Position numbers and translations under genes: made by a program. The notes under the pieces were generated by a model. The model searched no databases. It had not been told where the DNA came from and saw only the letters and a program-made list of their open reading frames with translations. A stretch of 64,000 nt of DNA from Promethearchaeota archaeon (GTDB lineage: Archaea > Asgardarchaeota > Lokiarchaeia > Sigyniarchaeales > SOKP01), in assembly GCA_048940925.1 (NCBI GenBank), contig JBHLOC010000019.1:21977-85976 (forward strand). The letters run 5' to 3'. Each line of letters begins with the position of its first letter. The stretch's first letter is position 1. Below are positions 8,981-19,506 of the stretch, piece after piece.

Positions 8981-9763
8981 ATGCCGAGAGCAGGAAGGAG
9001 AGCACCCGAGAGAGAATCCCATCCACTTGATGTATATAGTGCGTGGGATCTTCGTTTTGCCAAAGTAATATATTATGGGCTTATACTTGCTACTGTGATA
9101 GTAGTATTAGGAGTGTGGGGGGTAATTATAGGACTCTTGATTCCCGGAGGTGCATGGGAAGCTTTTTTGGAACTTGATCTTGGATATCAGATAGCTATCA
9201 TTGCTGGAGCAATCACAGGTCATTTATTCTTATTAGTTCTCTTTTATACAGTCTTTCGTGGGGGAATGGTGCGTCTATGTCAGGTAATGTTTAAAGATCG
9301 AGCTATTGCGAGTAAATGGCAGGATTATTATGGCTTAAGAATGCTAATAGGAGTTGCTCTTATGGGGTTATATGTTACAATCATAAGTTTGATTATAGGT
9401 TTACTCCCAGCTACATTTGCAGATTTTGTAAAAGATGTTTGGAAGGCGCAAGTGCAAACCTTTAATGAATTTCCAGGATTGTGGATTATGTGGGTAGGGG
9501 GAATTGTTTTTCTTATAGTTGGCATTATATTTTTGGGATTTTTTATTTGGAATCATGGAGTTTTTTGGGTTCTAAGACATGTTAAAGAAATAGAAGAAGA
9601 AATTGAAATTGATGATCGTATTAAAAAAGAAGCTATCCAAAAAGCTGATGAAAGAGCACTTAGAGACATTTATAAAAAAGAAACAGGGCAAAAAGCAATA
9701 TATCGAGGAAAAGAAACTACCGGTTATGTAGCGTGGAAGAAAGAGCAAGGTGTAAAAAAATAA
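8981..9763 (+). CDS. Four-TM hypothetical membrane protein
   Basis: 260 aa, four hydrophobic segments and a charged C-terminal tail. Confidence 0.8.
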   Translation: MPRAGRRAPERESHPLDVYSAWDLRFAKVIYYGLILATVIVVLGVWGVIIGLLIPGGAWEAFLELDLGYQIAIIAGAITGHLFLLVLFYTVFRGGMVRLCQVMFKDRAIASKWQDYYGLRMLIGVALMGLYVTIISLIIGLLPATFADFVKDVWKAQVQTFNEFPGLWIMWVGGIVFLIVGIIFLGFFIWNHGVFWVLRHVKEIEEEIEIDDRIKKEAIQKADERALRDIYKKETGQKAIYRGKETTGYVAWKKEQGVKK

Positions 9764-9806
9764 AACTTTAAAAATAAAATAGTAATTTAAAAATTTTTTT
9801 TATTTC

Positions 9807-10739
9807 TTATCTTCTCATCATTCTTGGATTTCTAAACAAAGATAGTTCTTGTCTGGGCATTTTATAGTCTGTAGTTGCTGTCTTTTTCATTTGTTTGTAT
9901 AACTTTTTAATCATCTTTTCAGCATCTCTCATAAAATTACAAATACATCCAAAAATTATCATATAGAGTATAAAGGTTTTATCTTTTGCATAAGTTTCAT
10001 CTGCAATCTGAATTTCAAAATTCTTTTGAATTCTTTGCCCATCTACTCGAGCAACTTTTTGCTGACCAATATATATCCAATAATTTCTTCCTGGGCCTAC
10101 TATTCCTTTAGCATGAACTATTTGAAGTTTATCATCCTTCTGTTCTGGTAGAAGCGGCCAAGTCCAACGTGTCCCTAATAATCTCCACCCTCGCACAACT
10201 CGTGCTAGATAAATCATTCGTGGTACTTGCATAAAAAATACAGGAGCAGGATGTTTAATTTCATAACTCTGAATTAATGAGTGAGCAACACTTAATTCAA
10301 GACCCCCCTTAAAATTACCTCCTTTAGGTTGAGCATCCATTGTTTCCTCCATAATGGTAAAGATACGGCACGAAAGATGTCTTTCTTCAAGTGGCTTTTC
10401 TTCCCAATCATCCTTACTAAAAGCAATAATATATTTTTTCTCTCCATCAACTTCTACTACGCCTTCAATATCAAAATTTTTGGAAAACCAACGAGTTTTA
10501 GCTTGATATTTAAGTTGTTGATGTATTCCTAATTCTTCATCATGTAATCGTGTTCTCCAAAAGTTAACTTTCATTTTTTTGTATACTGCTTTCTTTGGTG
10601 CTATGGGTTTTTCAGGAGTAGCTGGTGCTTTAGAAGGTTTTTTAACTTTCTTTTTTGCTGGAGTCGTTCTTGATTTTTCTCTAGGCTTTGCTTTTTTTGC
10701 CGCTTCTTCTATTTCTTCTACTGGATCTTCTTCTGACAT
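9807..10739 (-). CDS. Hypothetical protein, possibly Tubby/LURP-one/scramblase-like barrel
   Basis: 310 aa; disordered K/P/A-rich N-terminus, beta-rich core, then KVARVDG...FEIQI followed by a hydrophobic helix (FILYMIIFGCICNF); fold is inference. Confidence 0.6.
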   Translation of the reverse strand: MSEEDPVEEIEEAAKKAKPREKSRTTPAKKKVKKPSKAPATPEKPIAPKKAVYKKMKVNFWRTRLHDEELGIHQQLKYQAKTRWFSKNFDIEGVVEVDGEKKYIIAFSKDDWEEKPLEERHLSCRIFTIMEETMDAQPKGGNFKGGLELSVAHSLIQSYEIKHPAPVFFMQVPRMIYLARVVRGWRLLGTRWTWPLLPEQKDDKLQIVHAKGIVGPGRNYWIYIGQQKVARVDGQRIQKNFEIQIADETYAKDKTFILYMIIFGCICNFMRDAEKMIKKLYKQMKKTATTDYKMPRQELSLFRNPRMMRR

Positions 10740-11075
10740 AACTAATCACATTTCCAAAATAAATTTTAAAATTTTTTTTGTTTTAAAATTAAATCTTTTT
10801 ATTTCATTTTTAATTTTTTCTAATAATAAGTTTAGTAATAAACTAATCATCACGTATTTATATTTTTATTTATATGGAATTAATATTCTTATTTTTATAT
10901 GATTAAAAACGACATAAATTAGAGATATAATTATTAAATTATTTCTAAGACTTAAAGTGGAAAATTATTATCTCTGAATTTCCCTATGCAGATTTCTACT
11001 TTTTAACAAAAATATCAAGTTTCGAAAAATAAAAAATGATTCAAAAAAGCAGATAGATATAAAATTTTAATAAAT

Positions 11076-13331
11076 TTATTTTTCGATATCGAATCTTACT
11101 TCACATCTATCTGAGTCACAGAATTTCTCACCTATGGCTCTATCTCTTGTCTCATCTAAGTTAAATGAAGTAATTCGGTGTATCATTTCTTCATATTGCT
11201 CTAAAGTAATTTCTTCATATGGAGCTTGCCTATAACCATGTTCTTTTATTGGCAGAAAACTTACGCTTTTTAGTTTATCTTCACAAAATTGCAGAACATG
11301 TTCAATTTGATTTGCTTCTTCTTCCTTGAATGTAATTGTAATACTAACTTGATTGTCGCTCCACCTCGCTTGATAATCAATAGCATTAGCTGCTTGTTCC
11401 CAAATAGTGACTCCATTTTTAGAACGATCGAAATATTTCTCATGAATTGGGAACTCTGCAACTACAGTATTAGGCGAATATAAATCATCTTCAATTTTAT
11501 AGCCAGCATTTTTTATTGGTTGAATTAAATCAGAATTTTTTGAGATTCTAATTCGTCGTATATAATATTCTGAATGTGGATAATGAATTCCAGGTGGAAC
11601 CCCCGGTAATAGGCTAACAGTTCCACTAGGTTTAACTGTGGTTATTTTTATAGATTTAGGAATACATAACCAATCAGAGTAGGTTTCATCTAATTCCCTT
11701 AAATAGTTGTATCCTTTATCGCACCATTCTAACATCGTTCTTCTCCCATGTTTTACAAATGCTTCAATAATACCAGTTTGTGAAATACCCATCCTTCGAT
11801 TTTTTAACATAACAGCGTTAGTTTCTTTCCAATGGGTATTGACTAATGTAACTGACTTTGCATATAAGTAAGCATATTTTAAAGTTTCCTGAAATTCTTC
11901 ATAAGACTCATGTCTTGAAGGAAAGGTTTCGACGAGACAACAAAGTTCAAAACTCTCAAGGGTTTGTTCTCCACATGGATTAACTCCTGCTGCTTTTTTA
12001 TCTTTATAATTTGGGAGGTCTCCCATCCTTCCATAATCTCTTGCATTTTCTAACCAAAAAACTCCAGGTTCTCCATTTACTGCAATTTGATTTGCTATGA
12101 AAGAATAATCTAGACCTTTAACTGCAAAAACAGAATTATTGCTTGCCCATCGATGAGAATATAATGCTTCCTCATCTTGCTTAGATGTAACAAAATTTAA
12201 ATCTGTTGGATCACCCAAGGCGATTTCAGCACTTCTCCGAACATTGCCCGCAACTACACATTTACCAATGTGATTCATAATGTCTAAAATATCAATAGAT
12301 GTTATTTTTTGTCCTATTCTTGTTTCTAAGATTTTTTGTATATCTTCTAGCATTTTTTTTAATGGTGCTGGACCAGATGCTATTCCTCCAAATCCTCTAA
12401 TGGGTTTACCCGCAGGCCTAATCTCTGAAAAATCGTAATTTGGAACTTGTTTACCTAGAAAATAAGCTTCTAAAATCAATTTTAAAGCCTCAACCCAACC
12501 TTCCCTACTATCAGGAATTCGGAAATCAAAATGACCTTCTTTTGGTCTCTTAATTGTAATTTTACCAGCCCCTTTTGTATCGAAACCTACCCCTACTCCA
12601 AGCATTAATGCATCCATTACAAATTCAAATGCTTTTGAGTGTTTTAGGTTGATATCTTCAGTAGAGGCGAAACCACAGTTGTTTAAAGACATAGAACCGT
12701 GACGAGCAATGAATTCTGTTCCCATCATCCATAATCCTCTTCCTGGTGGTAAAAATTTGAAGTTCCAAATTTTCTTGAACATTATTTGAGCAGATTTTTG
12801 AGCTTTTTGATCACTCCAAGGAAGACTTAACTTCATACAATGTTCTTTTTGAATGGAATAACAACCTTCCACCACACGACGAACAGTTTCCCAAAATTCT
12901 TCTTTACGATTTTCACCCTCAATAATTCTGGCATAAGTTCGCTTATATGTGATATAGCCAAGAGGCCCCCACATAGGATGCTTTCCTTTATAATTTTTTA
13001 TAAATTCTTCATCAAGTTTGAATCCGATACTTTCTAAATTAATAGCTCTTGCAAATAAGTTTCTATATTTATTCAAACCCCGTTGAGTAAGTTCTACACA
13101 TACTAATTCCCTTATATAATTTGTAGTAATCTCGTCCATACCAAGGCCAATTATTGTTCGAATAACATCTTCTGCCACTTTCTCAGCAATATGGATATCA
13201 AGACCTGTTTCTTTGTTTAATATTTTAGCTATACTATTCTCATCAAATTTTTTCTTCTCACCCTTGGAATTAATGACATATTTTGGGTACAAATCTATTA
13301 ACGAGAATGAATTATCGGTCATGATTTCCAT
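11076..13331 (-). CDS. nrdJ: Class II (adenosylcobalamin-dependent) ribonucleotide reductase, monomeric RTPR type, with N-terminal ATP cone
   Basis: KRTYAR, FLPPGRGLW, SLNNC, GVGVGF, GNVRRSAE, NPCGEQ.L...ELCCL, TVKPSGTVS, C-terminal CDSDRC; N-terminal VINSKGEKKKFDENSI ATP-cone pattern. Confidence 0.93.
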   Translation of the reverse strand: MEIMTDNSFSLIDLYPKYVINSKGEKKKFDENSIAKILNKETGLDIHIAEKVAEDVIRTIIGLGMDEITTNYIRELVCVELTQRGLNKYRNLFARAINLESIGFKLDEEFIKNYKGKHPMWGPLGYITYKRTYARIIEGENRKEEFWETVRRVVEGCYSIQKEHCMKLSLPWSDQKAQKSAQIMFKKIWNFKFLPPGRGLWMMGTEFIARHGSMSLNNCGFASTEDINLKHSKAFEFVMDALMLGVGVGFDTKGAGKITIKRPKEGHFDFRIPDSREGWVEALKLILEAYFLGKQVPNYDFSEIRPAGKPIRGFGGIASGPAPLKKMLEDIQKILETRIGQKITSIDILDIMNHIGKCVVAGNVRRSAEIALGDPTDLNFVTSKQDEEALYSHRWASNNSVFAVKGLDYSFIANQIAVNGEPGVFWLENARDYGRMGDLPNYKDKKAAGVNPCGEQTLESFELCCLVETFPSRHESYEEFQETLKYAYLYAKSVTLVNTHWKETNAVMLKNRRMGISQTGIIEAFVKHGRRTMLEWCDKGYNYLRELDETYSDWLCIPKSIKITTVKPSGTVSLLPGVPPGIHYPHSEYYIRRIRISKNSDLIQPIKNAGYKIEDDLYSPNTVVAEFPIHEKYFDRSKNGVTIWEQAANAIDYQARWSDNQVSITITFKEEEANQIEHVLQFCEDKLKSVSFLPIKEHGYRQAPYEEITLEQYEEMIHRITSFNLDETRDRAIGEKFCDSDRCEVRFDIEK

Positions 13332-13877
13332 CCAATATTATTTAATTTATTAATTTTTAAATTTTATCGGCTATTTTAATTCTATACTAATTAATGATGC
13401 CTTAACCGTCCTATAAATTTATAATTTCTTTTCATTTAAAATTAATGGATAATTTATATTAAGCTATTGATTAATTTCTTTAATTTTAGATTATTTATGT
13501 CTTGACAAATCTATGGAATATACACAAATTAGTAAATATATTTTTATTGGTTTTGTTTAATAAAATTTTAGAAATTTTTTAGTCGAAATTATGTCGGTAA
13601 TTATTTATTATTATAAATAGTCAAATATTTTTAAACAAATATTCATATTAGATTTATTAATTTTAAATTATGATTTTAATAGACAAAAGATAATAAAATA
13701 AAAGGGAAACTTAAGTTTAAATAATAATTTTAGATCAATTTTGTAATACCAAAATACCATTATTTTTGATTTGATTTTTAATCTGAAAATTTTTAAATAC
13801 TCAAAAGTATATAAATCAAGAAAAAAGCAAGAAAATAGGCAAAACATAAATTATATTTTTGTAAGGTAGACATATTA

Positions 13878-14804
13878 GTGGAACTTCAAGAATCTAAAAG
13901 CCAAAAAGAAAATAATTCCAATGATATTATTAAAGAAGAAATTAAATTGCAGCTACACTTATGGTTACCCGCGTTCTTTATTATCTATTTTTGCTCCTTT
14001 TTAATACCAGCCGGAATTTTTATGATATTCATTATGTTGTTTTATTTACCAAATTTCTTAGAGATAAGAAATTTTATTTCTCTTTTGACTAATTTACCTT
14101 CACTTATTGCAGCTTTGACGCTACCTATTGTAATAATAATGTGCTATTTAATACACTTATTTATCGTAGCGTTAATTACTCGGTGGTTTTGGAGATATTC
14201 AGAAAAAAAATCTCCTTCCAAATCGGGTATTATTCCTAGAAACATTCCTAGTAAAACCTTAAATTTTTACCATTTTCGTTCATTTATAATAAAATATCCC
14301 AAAAATGCTTTTTCAAGAGGTCCTTTCCCTTGGCTCCTAAAGTGGATGTATAATTTTGTTGGTTCTAACAAGATTGGGAAAGGTTCTGTCATTGAAGAGC
14401 AACTCGCAGGTGATAGGTTTGTAGAAATAGGTGAAAATTCATATATAGGGATTAATGCAGGTGTTAGTTCACATGCTGTTGAAGGGATATTTGGAAATAT
14501 TTCATTTGCAAAGATAAAAATCAGAAATAATTTTACTGCAGCGGCATTTAATTGTATTGCCCCAGGAGTTGATACCGGAGATAATTCATGGTGGTTACCA
14601 ATGACAGGAGCAACAAAATACAATATTCTAAAAGGGGACAATTTTTATTTTGGTACACCTCTGAGGAAAATTTTTAAAAGAAAAGTTATGGATTATCTAC
14701 AAATAACAGAGGACGATTTAAAAAGAGCGGAAAATCTAAATAAAAAGCTAAGTATATCAGGACAGATAAAAAATAAAACGGAGAATAATAACTCTAATGA
14801 GTGA
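13878..14804 (+). CDS. 2-TM plus left-handed beta-helix acyltransferase-like protein, subunit A (cluster 1)
   Basis: Two TM helices, then hexapeptide repeats (KIGKGSVIEE, EIGENSYIG, SSHAVEG, YFGTP). Confidence 0.8.
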   Translation: MELQESKSQKENNSNDIIKEEIKLQLHLWLPAFFIIYFCSFLIPAGIFMIFIMLFYLPNFLEIRNFISLLTNLPSLIAALTLPIVIIMCYLIHLFIVALITRWFWRYSEKKSPSKSGIIPRNIPSKTLNFYHFRSFIIKYPKNAFSRGPFPWLLKWMYNFVGSNKIGKGSVIEEQLAGDRFVEIGENSYIGINAGVSSHAVEGIFGNISFAKIKIRNNFTAAAFNCIAPGVDTGDNSWWLPMTGATKYNILKGDNFYFGTPLRKIFKRKVMDYLQITEDDLKRAENLNKKLSISGQIKNKTENNNSNE

Positions 14805-15693
14805 AAGTCAAGCTTCTGAATCAAAAAGAGTCAAAGTTGGAAAAGTGGATTATACTATTGATTTTGTAACAAGTAGTGCTATTAGCAGAATTAGCCTTAA
14901 GTTTCTTATTCTTTATATACCAATTCTCTGGATTTCAGGATATATGTCTGTAGCCGTTTTTTTCGACATTTCTAGATTAATTAATAATTGGATAATTACA
15001 ATGTTTCTATTACCTGTATGGTTATTCATCCTTTATTTTATTTTTATTTTCGGTGTAGCTATTTTTACAAAAGCATTCCTTCTAATAATTAACATGATTC
15101 ATAGACCAAAGGAAGGAATATTTAAAGCAGAAGAAGGCGATAAAGATTATGAATTTTGGAGATTGAGAGTAGAATTGAAGAAATTGGTATTCTGGTTGAT
15201 GAATAATGGACCATTATCATGGGTTATAATGTGGGGTTTTCGATGGATGGGTATTCACGTAGATTTCTCTAGTCATATGCAAGATGCTTGGTCAGATGGC
15301 GGATTTATTGAATTTGGTCGAAATATAACAGTTGGACAAGGCGCTGTAGTAATGAGTTCAATGGTTGTAGGGAAATATTTAATAATTAAAAAAGTCATTT
15401 TTGGAGATTATACAGTTGTTGGTGGTGTTTCAAATATTTCTCCAGGTACTATATTGGGTAACGAATCGGTAATTGGTGCGTTTTCTACTACAATTCCAAA
15501 TCAACTTATTGAAGCGGGTTGGATTTATTTAGGCCAATTCGCGAGGAAACTTAAACGAAATAAATATGCTCAGCAAAGAAGAGATTTAATTTATGAAAAG
15601 GTTGTAGATGAAGAAATAAAGTATGAAGTTCAACGAGAGGTTAATATTGATGAAGATAAAAAAGCATTGCTAAATAATAATAAGGAGGGATAA
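14797..15693 (+). CDS. 2-TM plus left-handed beta-helix acyltransferase-like protein, subunit B (cluster 1)
   Basis: Two TM helices, HRPKEG, EFGRNITVGQGAVV, IFGDYTVVG; overlaps subunit A by ATGAGTGA. Confidence 0.8.
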   Translation: MSESQASESKRVKVGKVDYTIDFVTSSAISRISLKFLILYIPILWISGYMSVAVFFDISRLINNWIITMFLLPVWLFILYFIFIFGVAIFTKAFLLIINMIHRPKEGIFKAEEGDKDYEFWRLRVELKKLVFWLMNNGPLSWVIMWGFRWMGIHVDFSSHMQDAWSDGGFIEFGRNITVGQGAVVMSSMVVGKYLIIKKVIFGDYTVVGGVSNISPGTILGNESVIGAFSTTIPNQLIEAGWIYLGQFARKLKRNKYAQQRRDLIYEKVVDEEIKYEVQREVNIDEDKKALLNNNKEG

Positions 15694-15699
15694 AGAAGC

Positions 15700-16548
15700 A
15701 TGTCAGTACCCTCAAGTTTAAAGGTTGGTCCAAACACTACTCTCACCCTAGTCAAGATGAGGTATTTAACTTTTTATATATTTCTAATTTGGATTTCCAT
15801 TTTTACAATCCAATTTGAATTTTGGGTATTTTGGGGACTTTATGAGTCGAAATTTATCCAGTTCTTGTTTTTTCTCCCACTTTTAATTTTTATTATGTAT
15901 TTAACATCGATATTAATATCTTTAATCTTTGCTAAAATATTTCTCATTCTAGTAAATTTAATTCATAAGCCACGTGAGGGAGTTTTTCTTAGACATTCTT
16001 CTGATAAAGATTATAAATATTGGAGTTTAAGGAGTGTTATTAAGAAATGGCCATTATGGTTGTCACATAAATTTCCTTTTCCCTTTATGGATAATATTTG
16101 TTTAAAAATGTTTGGTATAAAAACAAAATTTGCAAATTCTCTTTTTGAAGGATTTATTGATACTGAATTTATAGAGTTTGGTGAAAATGTGATTGTTGGG
16201 CAAAGTGCGATTGTTCAATCAGCGGTCATAGTTGGAAATCTCTTTATTATTAGAAAGACTATTATTGAGGACAACGCTGTAATTGGTGCTCATAGTATTG
16301 TAATGCCGGGATCTCATATTAAGAAAAACTCAATTCTAGCTGGAAGCTCTCTGACTACAGTTGGCCAAGAGCTAGAAGAAAATTGGGTGTATTTAGGTGC
16401 TCCTGCTAAAAAATATAAACCTAATGTGTTTTTTGAAGATAATCTAGAAGATATAATTAGCAAGCAAGGAGAAATGGAAAAAATCTTAGAAAGCGTCTAT
16501 GAAGATTTATATACAATCCGAAAGGATAAACATAAAAAAGTTGAATAA
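15700..16548 (+). CDS. 2-TM plus left-handed beta-helix acyltransferase-like protein, subunit C (cluster 1)
   Basis: Two TM helices, HKPREG, EFGENVIVGQSAIV, IEDNAVIGAHSIVMPG, YLGAPAK; GGAGG RBS. Confidence 0.8.
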   Translation: MSVPSSLKVGPNTTLTLVKMRYLTFYIFLIWISIFTIQFEFWVFWGLYESKFIQFLFFLPLLIFIMYLTSILISLIFAKIFLILVNLIHKPREGVFLRHSSDKDYKYWSLRSVIKKWPLWLSHKFPFPFMDNICLKMFGIKTKFANSLFEGFIDTEFIEFGENVIVGQSAIVQSAVIVGNLFIIRKTIIEDNAVIGAHSIVMPGSHIKKNSILAGSSLTTVGQELEENWVYLGAPAKKYKPNVFFEDNLEDIISKQGEMEKILESVYEDLYTIRKDKHKKVE

Positions 16549-16600
16549 AAAAAAATCCCTCATCCTATTATTTAAAAAATTAAATAAATGCTGATTAAAT

Positions 16601-17389
16601 ATGAAAGTTGGTTATATTCAAACCTCTCCAATTTTTGGGGAGAAGGAGCAAAATTTAGAAGAAATTGAAAAATTAACAAATAATTTGAAAGCAGATCTAA
16701 TCGTTTTACCTGAGTTATTCGCAACAGGATACACATTTACTTCAAAGAAAGAAGCTAAATCTTTAGCAGAAGGGTTTAAAGAAGAAACAGCTCGATTTAT
16801 GATTAATTTATCAGAAAAAACTAATTCCATAATTGTTGGAGGATTTATTGAAGCTGAAAATAATAATATCTTCAATTCCTCTATGATAGTGTCCAATTCA
16901 AAAGTATTGGGAACATACCGTAAAATTCATTTATATTATAAGGAGAAACTATGGTTTTCTCCTGGAAATCGACCTCCTCAAATATTTAGCATTAATGGTG
17001 TCAATATCGGGATAATGATTTGTTTTGATTGGATCTTTCCAGAAACAGCTCGGACTCTCGCTCTTTTGGGTGCAGATATAATAGCTCATCCCGCTAATCT
17101 AGTTCTTCCTTATTGTCAGAAGGCAATGGTTACACGATGTCTTGAAAATCGAATCTTTGCTGTAACTTCAAATAGATTTGGTGAAGAAAACAGAGGATCT
17201 GATAACTTTAAATTTACAGGTCAAAGTCAAATAACTTCTTACAACGGGGAAATTTTATCTTTGGCTCCTAAAGATAAAATATATGTAGATATAATAGATG
17301 TTGATATCAATAAAGCAAGGAATAAAAAATTAAACGAATATAATGATATAATAGATGATAGAAGAGAAGACTTTTACTATAAAAAGTAA
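16601..17389 (+). CDS. Carbon-nitrogen hydrolase (nitrilase/amidase family)
   Basis: Catalytic triad motifs LPEL, YRKIHL, ICFDWIFPE. Confidence 0.92.
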   Translation: MKVGYIQTSPIFGEKEQNLEEIEKLTNNLKADLIVLPELFATGYTFTSKKEAKSLAEGFKEETARFMINLSEKTNSIIVGGFIEAENNNIFNSSMIVSNSKVLGTYRKIHLYYKEKLWFSPGNRPPQIFSINGVNIGIMICFDWIFPETARTLALLGADIIAHPANLVLPYCQKAMVTRCLENRIFAVTSNRFGEENRGSDNFKFTGQSQITSYNGEILSLAPKDKIYVDIIDVDINKARNKKLNEYNDIIDDRREDFYYKK

Positions 17390-17416
17390 AAAAAAAAAAA
17401 ATAAAATATTAAAATA

Positions 17417-18223
17417 TTAAGGCTGTAAAATACCTCCAAAAGCTAGCCATGCCAACAACGATTTAGCTACTAAACTTAATATTATATAAACACGTTCACC
17501 AAAAAGATAATCTTTCCAAGGACCGACTCCTTTATATTGAAGCACCATGTTAATTGCAAAAGTATTAAATAAAATTAAATAGGTATAAAATATCCAATAG
17601 ACAAAGTCAGGTATGCCCTCAGCATCTACTCCATAAAAGTAGCCAAAAATTACAATCCATGGAATTGCTCCAGATATACATCCCATTATAAAAGGCTTCC
17701 AGTTTGTTTTTTCAGTGTATTGATTAACTAATTCCATTACATAACCAAACATTATCATCGTTGCATTTAATACAAAGATCATAACCAAAGACCATACATC
17801 CCATACACCAAAAAGCAGTGAAATGAATACGATCATCACCGAGCTAGAGAAAGCATATTCATACCAACGGTATGGGTTGAATCCTTTCTTTAAATTTTCA
17901 TTATATCTTTTATTAAGCGGATATGCAATTAAAAGATGGGCTAATGCTGACATTAATAGAAAAGACGCTAATATAGCTCCAACATATGAAATTGTAAATA
18001 TGGCCTCAGGATTGGGATAAATGTTAAAGGTATCTGGAGAAATTACCTCATAAGTCAAATAAAAGGTATAAATATCTCTAGAGAAATCTAAGATTAGACC
18101 TACAGTTAACATTAGTATACCTTGTATCAAATGGAGGATTCCCATGTTTCTATTAAATTTCTTCAAATAATCGAATGATATATCTGAATTGGCAATAATT
18201 TCTTGTCGTTCTTTATAATTCAT
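17417..18223 (-). CDS. heR: Heliorhodopsin
   Basis: Seven TM; HLIQG in TM1, SALAH in TM2, NPYRWYEYAFSSSVM in TM3, ERVYIILSLVAKSLLAW with the retinal-binding Lys in TM7. Confidence 0.95.
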   Translation of the reverse strand: MNYKERQEIIANSDISFDYLKKFNRNMGILHLIQGILMLTVGLILDFSRDIYTFYLTYEVISPDTFNIYPNPEAIFTISYVGAILASFLLMSALAHLLIAYPLNKRYNENLKKGFNPYRWYEYAFSSSVMIVFISLLFGVWDVWSLVMIFVLNATMIMFGYVMELVNQYTEKTNWKPFIMGCISGAIPWIVIFGYFYGVDAEGIPDFVYWIFYTYLILFNTFAINMVLQYKGVGPWKDYLFGERVYIILSLVAKSLLAWLAFGGILQP

Positions 18224-18530
18224 TTTAATTGTTTTTTTGTGTAAATTTTATAATATCATTTAACCCAAAAATAAACTTAAATTGTTTCTATATTAATTAT
18301 TAAAATTTCATAAGAAGTAATTTTAGAATAATTGGAAAATTCTTTAATTTTTAATATTTTATTAACGATGATAAATGTGAAATTCAATATTATTGAGTTT
18401 TAATCGAGAGATGTTTACTGCCAAATTTTTATTTGAAATTGTTTTAAGTATTAATTTTAATTTAGAATAAAAAAAAATAATTAAATCAAAACAATAAAAT
18501 AAGTTTCTTTTTTTAGTTGAATTTCGGGAT

Positions 18531-19073
18531 TTAATTATGTTCTACAATACCATAAAGACCTGTCAGAGGATCTTGAAACATAGGTAAATGTGGTGGTAAA
18601 TAAGTAAATAACATAAAAATTAAACCTAAAGTTATAAAAATAATCCATGAGAAAATTATTATTAATTTTGGTACCTTGGATATAGTTAAAATTTTATAAC
18701 TTATTAATTGGCCAACTGCAACTCCAACAATAAAGGAAGAAATATCAATTATTAAGATTTCTGTTTTAAGAATTGCTGTATATGTATAAAATGTAATAAT
18801 TATAATAACTATGCTTATCAACGCAGCTAACGTTTTTCCAACAATAAAGTTGTTTGTTCCTTCTTTTATATATTGATATTCAATTAATGAAAAGATTATA
18901 AGTGGCCAATATGGTAATTTCAAGTGTTCCCAAACACTCTCATTAACAGGAAAAAATCCTCCGATATATTCCCAGTGTCCTAACCATTCAAAAACAAAGT
19001 GAAATAGAGCCCCTACAAGGCTTATAAAAATAATACCACCAATTTCCCATTTTAGTATCGAATTTTTTAACAT
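18531..19073 (-). CDS. DUF6512-like membrane protein
   Basis: LFHF..EW, VNESVWEHLKL, TYLPPHLPMFQDP motifs; five TM. Confidence 0.7.
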   Translation of the reverse strand: MLKNSILKWEIGGIIFISLVGALFHFVFEWLGHWEYIGGFFPVNESVWEHLKLPYWPLIIFSLIEYQYIKEGTNNFIVGKTLAALISIVIIIITFYTYTAILKTEILIIDISSFIVGVAVGQLISYKILTISKVPKLIIIFSWIIFITLGLIFMLFTYLPPHLPMFQDPLTGLYGIVEHN

Positions 19074-19506
19074 AGTTATATTAACACATTGTAATTTAAT
19101 TGGATTTTTATTAAATTAATATGAATTTCAAATACTATATTTTTAATTAAATATGTTTAGGAATAATTAAAATAACTTAGGTTTATTGAATATAAATCAA
19201 ATTTGCTTTGACTTTTTTTATACCATAAATTTTTAATTTTTTTTTATAATTTAGAGTATTTTTTAAATAACTTCTAAATCCTTAAAAAAAACAGAAATTT
19301 TGAACAAGTAAAGAAATTCATCTTTAAAATAAAAATAGTTAAAAATATAAACTTGAATATAACAAAACAATAAGAAAGTTTTTAAAATTTTTTGAATTCG
19401 ACTCCAGCTATTAATTCTAAGAAAGGTTAAAAATATAAAGTAATTTATAATAATACTTTTTAACGACTTTAAAGTTAAATAAAAATATTAAAGTTGTGTC
19501 TAAAAG

